DNA of 63,421 bases, the filler included, from Folioceros fuciformis (Eukaryota): assembly GCA_049999805.1 (NCBI GenBank). It is 10 parts of 10 records of this genome, joined end to end, with 100 filler letters (N's around TTAATTAATTAA, not from the genome) between each part and the next. Parts side by side here need not be neighbours in the genome. Positions count along the whole stretch, not along the records: positions 1 to 7,378 come from JBNGIO010004821.1; positions 7,479 to 13,579 come from JBNGIO010004824.1; 8 more parts are not named here. One strand, given 5' to 3'. The position numbers and the translations under genes are program-made. Each line of letters starts with the position of its first letter. Positions within the stretch are counted from its first letter, which is position 1. The notes beneath the pieces were generated by a model, which worked only from the letters and a program-made list of their open reading frames with translations, was not told the DNA's origin and ran no database searches. Of the stretch, positions 1 to 11,322 are shown in pieces.

Positions 1-505
1 AGGGAGAAAGGAAGAAAGGGGGAAAAGGGATGGAGGCGGCCGCAACCCCTACCTCTAGCTCAAGCTAGGGCATGGTCTCCATGGCCGTTCATGCCAGCCA
101 AGCAATCAGCCAGCCTATCGTCAGACCCTGACCCCTGACACTAACATACCCAGGTACCCGTTCCTATGTTCAAACCATTATTATATTATTTTTATTATTT
201 TAATATCATTATTTAAACATTTAATATTATATATCTTTAATTAATATTAAACTAATCACCCAACTGTATGGCCTGGTACCGAACCTAAACCTTCCCAGCT
301 TTGGGACCAAACCTATACCCACTCTTATAACCAAACCAACTATTTCTTGGTCAATTAACTCAATTAGCACAAAGAAAAATAGGAAAAATGACCAGAAAAT
401 CAAGGAAAATTAGGGAAAATAAGTTGAAAAAGAAAACCAAACCATACCACTATTAACCCTTTTTCAACCAAAACAAACTACTACCCCAAACTTTGGAGGT
501 TCACA
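1..505 (-). mobile_element. LTR fragment (family A); reverse complement of 6804-7378
   Basis: Ends ...CTTTGGAGGTTCACA at 505, the reverse complement of TGTGAACCTCCAAAG at 6804. High identity over ~500 bp and a TG/CA terminus. Confidence 0.75.
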
Positions 506-1699
506 CTAGCTAATAATATCTGTTGTCATTACAACAAGGCTTGAAATCCCTTTGTAGTATCAACTTGATAGATTGCCCATGGTTTTTGTGCACAACTGCA
601 CACTACACCAATACTAGGCATGGACCATCTAATTTTCGGCACAAGCATGCCCACTAGCATTATTGAGGTGATACGGTTGGCTATCATGCCAAGTGTTCGT
701 GCCAATGACCATAAAAATAAGCTAGCTCCTTTCTCTTGGCTCAACATATAAACACACAACCCCAAAGAATATCTCATTGCATTGTTGGCTTAGGTCCTCT
801 TGTCATCCTTGGTCTCCACCTCACATTGCCATGACTCAACAAGTAGCCGGGCCTTGCAAACTGTCTTGGTTTCTTTGTGATGTTTCTTCTTGTTTTCATT
901 GTTTGAGTTTCTTCTAGTTTGCAGCTAGCATGACACATGGATCCACCTGATATCCAAAACCAAAAATCTAGGCTTGTGATGCTTGACAGGTGCTGATGAA
1001 GGCAGGGTGAAGGTCTAGCACGCTTGATGAGATATCACCACTATGATATAAGTGCCTTCATATGACATATGCATCAAGTCCTTCTTTCTCGTATCACCGC
1101 TATCTTTGAACTGCTAGCTAGCTTGTTACCATTTGTAAATCCTATCTTGTACAAATGATGACATTGTGTCAATCTGGATAGCATAATTGCTTGCCTAATT
1201 TCATTGTAAAAGACATGTCATGCCATGTCAGTCTCTTTGTTTAAATACACTTAGAATAACTAATGTGTTGTTGAGCACATATGCAAGTCCTTGAACAAGG
1301 TTGATGGCAAATCTTGAGTGTTGGCTCAATGATTTGTATGAACGGTAACATACACTTGGTAGGTATGTATGTCATAAAGCATCATTTACACTTGGCTGCC
1401 AACTAGTGGGCTAGGGCGTGGCTTCAATTTTCTATTATCTAATGTCGTGCACTGATGAAAATAACATGGTCTATGCTAAACGGTGGTATTCCACAAAGCC
1501 TATTTGGTACATTTCGGAAACAATGGTATCCAAATCAGTTATTCGTTTTTAATCCTGTTTCTCAAAAACTAGGCCCGCTTGATATATGTATTTTAAACTT
1601 GTTTTTTTTTTTTCTGAATTAAGTAGTAAGGACTTTGATGTGGCTGCTACCACCTGCCTATTCAAATAATGAATTTCTTGTCTTCCTTTAAAGATGAGC

Positions 1700-2560
1700 T
1701 AGTAGACCAACGCACTCACTCAAAAATAATAAAATATATGGTGATTTATTGACTCAATGATTTTTTGAAATACACTTAATGTGTTTGATATTTACCCACA
1801 GATGGACATCATTTCTAAAAACCACTATACACATTCACTCATTCCATAGTGCCCTTCCACACAAACACAAGTTTGCCTCTTAATCTATGACTACGTCCAC
1901 ATCCTTCAATCTGTGGTCTTTCATATCATCTGCGTGGGATACATTGGAAGCGTCTCCAAGTTTTCGTAGTTAACCATGTTTGTTACATCAATAACACAAG
2001 GAAACAGAAAGCTCGATATAGAAAAGACAACAGCAAGATACTCTTTTAGTTCGTGTGTGCCGGTCTACCGCCGCACTCTTGCAACCCAGGTGCGCTTGAA
2101 AATAAAGTTTTCGAGTCCGGGTGCATGCTGGTAGACCAACACACTCCTGCAGTTAAGTGAGTATATTAAGGCAGTTTTCTTGATTGAATATAAAGTTTTT
2201 GAGTCTAGGTGCACCAGCAGATCAGCGCATACTCCAGTTAAGTGAGTATGTTAAGACAGTTTTCTTGATAAAAATAATTTTTTTGAGTGCACCAATCTAC
2301 CATCGCGCTCGCACTCGGACTCAATTAAGTGAATATGTGAAGGAAGATTTCGAACAAGTTTTGCTTTCATAAACCAAGTTTTCTACCGGCGCACACCCAC
2401 CAATGCGCAGTCAGACCGGCAAACTTTGTAATGCAAAGTAGAGGGAGTGCGCCGGTCTACCGGTGCACACCCGCCATCTACCCAAATGATAAAGTGCGCC
2501 GGTCAACCAGCGTAGTTATAACGCAAGGAGGGAAGGAAGTGCGCTGGTCGACCGGCGCAC
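1700..2560. repeat. Degenerate array of a palindromic 22-bp motif plus ~85-bp tandem units
   Basis: Best copy GTGCGCTGGTCGACCGGCGCAC at 2539-2560, with variants near 2055, 2447 and 2494. Units containing AGTTAAGTGAGTAT recur about 3 times at ~2100-2350. Confidence 0.7.
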
Positions 2561-2596
2561 TTCCAATGCCCACATGAAACCTACTTTAAAACACAC

Positions 2597-3803
2597 TTAC
2601 ATACCTTGTTTCTTCTTATCAGACTCGGCTCTTATGTTCCTTTTCAGGTAGTCGCAAGTTGTACATAGCGAAAACCTATTGGTCTTCGGAATTTGCACTT
2701 TGTGGAAATGTGAAGCCCACAATTGATAGAAATAAGAGTAACACACACTATACTGTTCCGCTCGTTGCATTTGCCCCTTGTACTCCAAAAACATTTCGTC
2801 ATTTGTGTACGAGTCTGGAAGATGGTACACTTCAATGTTCGGCATGCGTTCTCCTAGTAGCAAAAATAATTGATCCATCCAAACACATGCGCCCATAGCA
2901 AGGTCTTGGGTGCGCTTCTCCGCACGGATAGAGCCCACCCACATAATGTTATCCAAAGCTCTTTTTTTCGCAGCCTCGTACCTGTTTGCACTGATACAGA
3001 AAACTCGTCTAAAGGCGTCCCGACAACAACGTCTCTTTGCAGATCGAATAAAAAAAGTCTCCGCTGTAGAGCGTCCATCTGTAGCACGATTGACATCGAA
3101 CAAGGTCTGCAAAACCATTTCTTGCTCTGTCTTGCACATGTTTAAAAATCGGTACCTCAAATCCCGAAAGCTTGGTTCACCTAAAGATCTAAGACACTGC
3201 TTTGCACAACATATCCTGCGGTAATCTGCAGAAACACGGATCTCAGAGCACTTTGCCTCAGGTATAGTCGAGATTTTTTTCACCCAACGTGTCGATGATC
3301 TCCAGGAGCTTCAATCAGAGATTAGGATGATGGTTTCAGATTGTATGATCTTCGCACCGTTGTGCAATCGTCTTGCTAGCTTCTGCGGACAACACATCCG
3401 CTCCTTCACTTTCAGCATGGAAGTGCTCCCCGCTTGATGTGCCTGGTACCCAGCTTCCACTCGCATGTACTTCCACATCCAGGTAAACAAGGTTAGTGTG
3501 CAAGATTGTGCCCTTCGCATTCCGCTTGATAGGTGTTGTTTTCCGGATCGCTGGCTTGAAAGGAGATTGTAAGCGCAATGGGCTTGTTGAAGTGTGGATG
3601 TCATCGAGAAGACTAAGGCGTACAAGCGACACTCGGAAGTCGATGTCGGTACCTTCTGAATCATTGACTACAAAGCATCATGACGCAAACAGAAAACTCT
3701 AACATAGACTTCCAACTAGAACACACGAATGCCCTTCGCGAACCAAATTCCTCGCCTACCTTGAGAGTTGAACTCCGCTGTTGTCATCACCACCATATTG
3801 CAT
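2597..3803 (-). mobile_element. Sola-like DNA transposase, N-terminal part (spliced, degraded)
   Basis: ORF 2597-3283 has CCxKxCL, CRDAFRRVFCIS, GERMP-x-YHLP and YSYFYQLW-x3-F-x2-V-x-IPKxxRFSxCxxC, a pattern I recall from Sola2/DUF7869-type transposases. It ends at an AG|GTATGTAAGT donor. Putative first exon 3803-3761 with GT..AG intron ~3760-3657. The catalytic DDD region is not found. Confidence 0.55.
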
Positions 3804-4183
3804 GAGGAAGAAGCCTGCCAATCCATGCCAATGTCTCAAGGATTGCTCGCAAATGACCTTCCTTACAAGATGCAAGCTAACATCACTCGGAGTTTGATTG
3901 AAGACAGGGTTACACTGGCATAATTAAGCCGCCACTTGAATATGAATGTTTGATCACGATAACAATAGCTGTTGTTGGTCTTCAACGGCGCCTACAATCG
4001 TTGTTGTGGCATAAATGCTGGAGACGTAGTTCAAACACCCTTGCTATTTCAGGAAACAGAAATTCAACTTCACATTTGACTTCAAATCTCATCGTTCAAT
4101 GCTTAAGACATCCTTCTCTCCTTCTGGATCAGACCAGGTGTTTTCGAGTTTCATCGTTCACAGGCTCTCTAGCACAATCGAAG

Positions 4184-4939
4184 ATGGCAGCTGGCCAGCG
4201 GAGCAACAAGCAATTGAATGCGGCCATTGACATGCAAGCATTGGAGGCACCACCAAGGTTGAAGAAACCACGACAAGGTGCGAAAGCTTCAGCTCGCGCT
4301 ACCTCTGGCCCATTCGTGGAAAGAGATAGCCATCAGCGACCAGCAATCACAATAGGGGATGTTACACCACAGCCACCAGCTGTTACACTGAGGAAAGACA
4401 ATTCCGCCGAGATCGTCCGTGCCTCGAACAGCAAAGCTAGCGAAGTTCATATTAACCATGTCCTTGTGAATGTGACTCAGGGTGGCAACACAGGTGGTAG
4501 CCAGAACCACAACATTCTAAATGTGTATAACTTTGTTGAGCGTTTGAAGCTAAAAAAGCTTGAAGACACGCTTGCTAAAAGATTCAAAACAAACAAAGAG
4601 TGGTTTTCAGTCACAGAAGAGGAGCCAGAAGACTGCAATTTGCCCTAGGTGCCGTTGGTGGTGTTGTGGGTTAACGGTTTCCAGGGCTTGCAGGACGATG
4701 AGGCAGGGAGGCTTAGATGGATTCTGTGTGCATATGTTAACGGCGTGGAAGAGGAAACCCATGTCAATTTCACATGCACGCGGCACCCACCAAGCCATAT
4801 CACCGATGACTACGATAGCCACAGCCTCATTGTAGTCAATGTCACGAAAGTTGTGCCACAGCACTGCGAACCGATGTGGCTAAAAACCGCTTTGAAAGAT
4901 TGCTTGAATGTGGAAGATGTTAGTATTTATTTAGTGTAA
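4184..4939 (+). pseudogene. Unknown ~250-aa ORF with one in-frame TAG (4646-4648), divergent from the Sola-like gene
   Basis: ORFs 3950-4648 and 4649-4939 are contiguous in one frame. First ATG at 4184 (MAAGQRSNKQ...). No recognised domain. Confidence 0.4.
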
Positions 4940-5203
4940 TGTCGGTTTATGTTTATAAACCCAGCGTTAGGTAACCCTAAAATTTCCATTACGTGTTTCC
5001 TGCAGGGAGGCAAACAATTCTGTCGAACTGTCTTGCGCTTGTGTTGCTGATTGCGTTCAGAAGAGTCGTGCGTTAGCATCAAGAATCGCAAGAGAGCACC
5101 AAAGGGTTTCAATCCAAGCAGAGTTCGGCCCCATCTCATCATGGCCAACGGAGAGGGTTGAGAGACCGGTGGAGATGCCGCGCATGCAGCCAGAGCTTTC
5201 AGA

Positions 5204-5327
5204 AACCTTAATCCTCCATTCTTCTTACGCGTAAGAAGAATGGAGGATTAAGGTTATGCTTGGATTACAAAGCACTCAACCAGATAACAGTCAAGAATTC
5301 CTATCCTTTGCCAAGGATGGATGACAT
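5204..5327. repeat. 52-bp perfect palindrome plus ~100-bp ectopic copy of the gypsy RT at 6349-6451
   Basis: AACCTTAATCCTCCATTCTTCTTACG|CGTAAGAAGAATGGAGGATTAAGGTT at 5204-5255. 5225-5324 matches 6349-6448. Confidence 0.9.
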
Positions 5328-5594
5328 ATGTCTTTTCTTAATGTAACGATGGGTTCTCGAAAAGGAGTTTGTTTTTCTTGTGCGGAGCCGGGACATTATG
5401 CGAATGAATGCTCGAATGCTCAACAAACTTTGAATGTTGTTCAAGACAACCCACAGCCCCTAAGACTCAGGATTACAGAAGTATCCGGATCTGACAATCC
5501 CAAGTGACGGGATTGGCCACATGTTGCACAGGCTACATGCGGTGAGTCTCAAGATGTTGAGGACAACATTATTCATAGCGCGGGTGGAGAGCTC

Positions 5595-6803
5595 ATGTAT
5601 ATAGAAGGATGTGTGAATCATGAAGAAGCAAAGATGTGGCTTGATCTAGCAGCAACACATAATTTCATTTCTCCTGGTAGAGCAAGTAAGCTTGGTTTGA
5701 CATGGGCTAGTACTTTAGAGCCATGTACAGTGAAACAAGCAAAAGGAAAGCTGCAGTTCTTAGGACAGCTACAAAAAGTCCCTTTGCAGATAGGCAATTG
5801 GACAGGAGAAGCAAGCTTCACAATTGTAGATATGGATGATCATAAAATCATCTTGGGCTTAGAATGGATGAAGGCCAATAAGGTCTGTGTAGACGTGGAC
5901 TCGCGCACCATACAGATCTTAAGAGATGAAAAGCACAAAGTGAGTTGTGCAATTCTTGAGCATCATCTTGGACACAAGATGGATGAAGTCATCTCTAAGA
6001 AAGAGCTCAAGCGTTGTGTTAAGAATGGAGAGGAATTCTATTTGTTGGTGTTGCAAGGACTAGAAGATGGTCTTGAGATGGAGTCTTAGAAGCAACTAAA
6101 GATTCCAAAGGAGATACAGGCTGTCTTAGGCGAGTTTAAAGACTTGATGCCTACTGAGTTACCTCCTTTACCTCAAAGGAGAGTTGTAGATCATAAAATT
6201 GATCTAAAGCCAGGAACTGTACCGCCTTGAAGAGCGCCATACAGATTGTCGCCAGATGAGCTTCAAGAGTAGAAGAGACAAATGTCTAACTTGTTAGCCA
6301 AGGGCTATGTTAGAGTCTCAAAATTCCCATTTGGTGGGCCAGTATTGTTTACGCGTAAGAAGAATGGAGGATTAAGGTTATGCTTGGATTACAAAGCACT
6401 CAACCAGATAACAGTCAAGAATTCCTATCCTTTGCCAAGGATGGATGATATGTTTGACAGGTTGAAAGGAGCTAAGTATTTTACCAGACTAGATTTGATG
6501 GCTGGTTATTATCAGATTCGCATCGCAGAAGGACATGAATACAAAACTACTTGTAGGACAAAGTATGGATCTTTTGAATTTCTAATCACGCCATTTGAAC
6601 TCACTAACGCACCAGCCACATTTCAGACTCTCATGAATACTATATTCAGAGATGTGTTGGATGAGTGTGTTGTGATCTACTTAGATGATATTTTGATATT
6701 CAGTTCTACCTTAGAGGAGCATGTCCAACAGTTGAGGAAAGTGTTGGAAACATTAAGGGCAAATTCTTTGTTCTTAGCTATAACAAAGTGTGACTTTGTT
6801 AAG
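5595..6803 (+). pseudogene. Ty3/gypsy pol fragment (aspartic protease + reverse transcriptase)
   Basis: Protease LDLAATHNF...[25 protein letters not shown]...NAPATFQ...VIYLDD. Stops at 6087-6089 and ~6270. Interrupted by an LTR at 6804. Confidence 0.9.
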
Positions 6804-7378
6804 TGTGAACCTCCAAAGTTTGGGGTAGTAGTTTGTTTTGGTTGAAAAAGGGTTAATAGTGGTATGGTTTGGTTTTCTTTTTCAACTTTTTTTCCCTAAT
6901 TTTCCTTGATTTTCTGGTCATTTTTCCTATTTTTCTTTGTGCTAATTAGGTTAATTGACTAGGAAATAGTTGGTTTGGTTATAAGAGTGGGTATAGGTTT
7001 GGTCCCAGACCTGGGAAGGTTTAGGTTCGGTACCAGGCCATAGGGTTGGGAAGGTTTGAGTCTAGGTCTGGTGATTAGTTTAATATTAATTAAAGTTATA
7101 TAATATTAAATGATTAAATAATATAATAAAATAATAAAATAATAAAATAAGGGTTTGAACATAGGAACAGGTATCTGGGTATGTCAGTGTCAGTGTCAGG
7201 GTCTGATGATAGGCTGGCTGATTGCTTGGCTGGCATGAACGGCCATGCCCTAGCTAGAGCTAGAGGCAGTGGTTGCGAGTGCCCCCATCCCCCCTCCCTC
7301 TCTCCCTTTCTCCCTTCCTCCTCCATTCCCTTCTTGCCCCCTCTTCTTCTTCTTCCCCTTTCCTCTCATCTCCCTTCC
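6804..7378 (+). mobile_element. LTR (family A) inserted into the gypsy RT; truncated by gap
   Basis: Starts TGTGAACC exactly where RT homology stops (KCDFVK|). Inverted copy at 1-505. Confidence 0.75.
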
Positions 7379-7478
7379 NNNNNNNNNNNNNNNNNNNNNN
7401 NNNNNNNNNNNNNNNNNNNNNNTTAATTAATTAANNNNNNNNNNNNNNNNNNNNNNNNNNNNNNNNNNNNNNNNNNNN
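7379..7478. other. Artificial assembly spacer (N44-TTAATTAATTAA-N44). The same spacer occurs at 13580-13679, 39731-39830, 44451-44550, 45955-46054, 52715-52814, 54426-54525, 56808-56907 and 59845-59944
   Basis: Identical 100-nt N blocks with a central six-frame-stop linker. Confidence 0.97.
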
Positions 7479-7985
7479 CGAGAATCCATGGCTGGGTGCC
7501 TACATATATAGGCAAAAACCCCCAGGAGTTCTCGATGAAGTGTCCACCCGTATCGATGGTGGGCACTTTATAATCCTACTTTCCTTGATTTATGATTTTT
7601 ATGTATTTTCTAATATCTTCTAATATAAATCTGCTATCTATATATGCGGCATAGCACCGCGCCTTTCATGCACAACCATGCATATAGGTTGCATGCGCCA
7701 TGACACATCACCTGCCACATGTCCACATACATCACATGTCATCCTTCATCTCCATATGCATGCATACATGACACACATGCATATATGGCATACATGTCAT
7801 GTGCAGGCCATCCATGGGCCATGTACATGACATCATCAAGCACTTCAGCATCAGGGCTTATGCCCGAGATGCTCCAGTCAGTATCTAGTCATTTCAGCAT
7901 TCAGGGCTTATGCCCAGGATGCTCTAGTCAGTATCCAGTCATAGAGTCTTAGGTGCTCTGTTTCCCATACAGCAACAGCATGACA
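7479..7985 (+). mobile_element. LTR (family C), distal part
   Basis: Near-identical to ~34684-35190. Ends ...CAGCATGACA. Confidence 0.85.
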
Positions 7986-10900
7986 CCTACTTGATCTATT
8001 GGTCGCCCACCGGCTCCTAGGTCGCTTGGCTGCTGCCCACAGCCGGCCTGTGCAAGCCAGCCGCTGTCTGGCCGATCAGCCAAGCCGAGGCGCCTGGCAC
8101 CCATCCAGATCCATCCTAGCCAGTCGCTAGGCGGCTGCCTGACTGCTTGCTGGCGGGCCAGGTCTGTCTGCCGCCGTTCCACGAGCCAGCTCGGCTAGCC
8201 CGACTAGCCGGCCTCGCAAATCAGCCAGCCGACCTACAGGCTGGCTACTCCTATGTGCTCCAGGTTGCCTGGCTCCAGTCGTGAGCAGCCACAGCCAGCC
8301 CTATCCACGCCGCCAAGGCTCGGCCCCGATCTGCTCCCGTCAGCCCGGCTAGACGGTCAGCCAGGTTTCCCAGATTCGCCAACAACCCGCCTGCTCATCG
8401 ACCAGCCAGCCGTACGCCCGATCTCTGCTAGTCCTCGGGCTATCTGCCTGGCTGCCTGGCAGCCGCCTGCCAACTGGCCTTGATCAGCCGCATGCACCCT
8501 GGCCTCGATCAGCCGTAGCCAGCCCGGCTAGGATCAACCCGAGGCCTGCTTGGCTTGGGTCCAGCGCCGCCCCTGGCTTGGGTGTGCCTGTGTTGCCAAC
8601 CTTCCTGCTAAACTCTGGATCCAGTCCCGTCTACCAGCATGCCGGGCGCCGGCTTGGCTTTGGGATCTGCCCCCAAGCACCCTACCGGGCCGCTTGCCAT
8701 ATAGGGCTGTCGAACTGGCTGCTTGCAGCCTGATCCGCTGGCTGGCCGCTGATGGCCGGCTCAGCCTCTACTGCTCGGCCCAAGTCCACCCCGGCCAGCT
8801 CCTGCAAGCCGGGCGGCTTGCCTGCTAGCAGCCCGACCTGGCCAGCCGCCATGGGCTGCACACCGGCCTCCCATCTTCAAGGATTTGGCCGGGTAGGCCC
8901 CCCCCCTCCCAGATCCTGCGTAGCCCCGCCCCCGCTGGCTTAGATCCATTGTCATGCCGCCTGTCTATACGGCCTCCTGGCTGGCTGGATCCGCCAGCTA
9001 TCAGCTGCCGCCAATCGCCTATCCAGCCAGGCCGACTGAAGCCATTGCCTGGATCTAGCTACCTACAGCGCAACGCCTTGCTGCATCCCCGCTTGGACGC
9101 CCGCAGTTGTTGATTTTACAGCCATTGGAGAGGTGCTGCCACCTAGCCTGTCCAGGACCTTATGCCATTGCCTGCGCCTGGCTGGTCTGCCTCTGCGGCC
9201 AGCCCACCGTCACCTGGCGATCAAGCCAGGTGCCTTCCTGCTGGAACCCACCTAGCCAGTCGCTAGCCGTTATGGTCTGCCTCCTGGATCTGATACTGCC
9301 GCAGCCTCGGAGCGGCTTGCCGACCAGGACCCGGTTGCTGCTGACCGCTTGCCAACCTCCAGATCCAGCCCCGGTCTTGACCAGCTTGGATCCGCCCAGC
9401 CAGGCCAGCCAGCCTGCCTGTCAGCTGGCTGCTCCTTTGCGCTCTAGGCTGCCTGGCACCAGTCGTGAGTAGCCACAGCCAGCCCGGACGCCGAGCTGGG
9501 CCGCCTGCCCTTCAACTGGCCTGCCACCGACATGCCCGGCCTCCTGCTCTCCTGAACCTGGCCAGAAGCTAGCCCAGCAGATCTGCCTGCAGCCTGCTTG
9601 TAGCTAGGCCAGGCTGGGCTGCGGCCAGGCTCCTCAGTAGCCAGCCGACCAACTCAGCTGCCCAGCTCGGCTCCAGCCCGCGCTCCAGCAGCCCGCCATC
9701 ACCAGTCGGTTCCAAGCCGGCCTGCCCTGTTCACTTGCAGCAGCTTGGCTTGCTTTAGATCGGCCAGCAAGGCCAGCGGATCCAGCGCTGCCTTGGCTGT
9801 CTAACCCACACCGAGCTGGATCAGCCCACGTCCTGTCTGGTGGCTTCTCGCCATGGCCCAGCTCTTTCCCCTATGGTGAGCACAGAAAACATGCTGCAGC
9901 TTTTCGCAAGAACCACGAAATCGACTGCACCACAGGCAGCCCCGCAGCTTCCACCGACCCACGCTGGCTGCCCAGATCTATCCCAGCACCATCTAACCGA
10001 TACCAGCCGATGGCGGCGCCTACCTGGAACCAGGATCCATCGTCGCCTCGGCCCGCTTGGTGCGGCCTGGTCCCCAGTTGCTGCCGATCCCCTGCTAGCT
10101 GCCCGTTCGCGGCCTACACCGACCTGGATCGGCCACCGACGGTGAGCTCCACAGTCGCCACAGCCTGGCCTGGTTGTCCCCTCCACAGTAGCCGCCGATT
10201 TGGCACCTGCTCTCAACTGTGACCAACCAAACTGCCCGGTCAGCCCGTCCTAGCCTGGCGTTGGCGGCCGAATCCGTTTGTCATCTAGCCCGCCAGCCAA
10301 CCCGGCCGGCCAGCCGCTCCTGGTCGTCGGCCTACTGGTCCAAATCTGGCTAGCCAGCCAACTCCCCAGCCTCCCCGGCCTATTCTGAGCTCCAACCTGG
10401 TCTATGGTCCAGCCCGGTTGGATCTACCAACTTGCAGGACCGCCTCCCATCAGCACGGTTGCTTACCTGGCCAGGCTACCCCCCAGCTTGCAGGCAGCCC
10501 GTAAGCCTGGCTGCCTGAGCTTGTATCCCACTAGCCCGACTGGCCGAGCAGCCAGGCCGAACTGGCTGTGCCGACCTGTTTGCAGCTCGCCAGGCCGACT
10601 GGTTGGGCAGCCCCCAACCAGCCATCCGCCTATCTAGCTCTAACCAACCCCCCCATCAGGCTGCTACTTGCTTGTGCTCCGCCGCCGTTGCCTCAGCAGC
10701 CGCCCTCCTAGCCTACACGACTGCCTGCTAGGCAACCTGTTCGATCCGGACAAGCCCCTGGCCTGGGTCTGGCCATGCGGCCTGCTAGCAGCCAGGTCGC
10801 CTACCTCGCTGCTGTCTACTCCTCCCTCGGCCAGCCCGCTACCTGGCCTTGCCCAGGCCAAGTTAGCCGACCAGTGTGGCTAGCCGAACAGCCGGTCCAT

Positions 10901-11320
10901 TACTCACCCAGCTACCCTCCAGCCTACTGACCCTGAGTCGACGCTCCCCCTACCTGGCCATCTGGCTGGCTAACTTTCCCCGAACCTGATGCTCCCACAA
11001 CCTTAGGCCCTCCTTGCGTGACCGCCTGCTCTCGGACCCTCGGTCCCAGGCACCGCTATCCCCGTCTCCCGCTTCCACCAGCATTGACCAGAGAGAGCCC
11101 TGCTCGCCTTCCACAGCGTCCTAGGGTTTACTATTCCTCCGTCACCTTACCCCGAGGAACCAGAGCCCACGTCCTATCTACCACACAACCTACCTACCCT
11201 ATCGACTCACCATCAATCTAGCTACTATTCTAACCTAATCTCCCAACCTTTCCTCTACAACACTCACTCACAAATCCAAAAAAAAAAAGAAAACCTATCA
11301 TTTCCCAGGGGTCTGTTCAG
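7986..11320. repeat. GC-rich, CCAGCC/GGCTGG-rich degenerate repeat (probable non-coding part of a retroelement)
   Basis: Dense CCAGCC/GCCTG words and internal duplications (e.g. ~8244-8300 vs ~9428-9485). No credible ORF. Confidence 0.5.
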
Positions 11321-11322
11321 CA

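Noticed and set aside
529-1500. Possible decayed transposase exon(s)
   Set aside because: Only stop-riddled fragments; I could not assign any motif confidently.
1700-2560. CRISPR-like interspaced palindromes
   Set aside because: Copies are degenerate and irregularly spaced, and the spacers are partly repeated. Kept only as a TE-associated repeat.
7949-11221. Numerous short Pro/Ala/Arg-rich ORFs
   Set aside because: By-product of GC-rich low-complexity repeat sequence.
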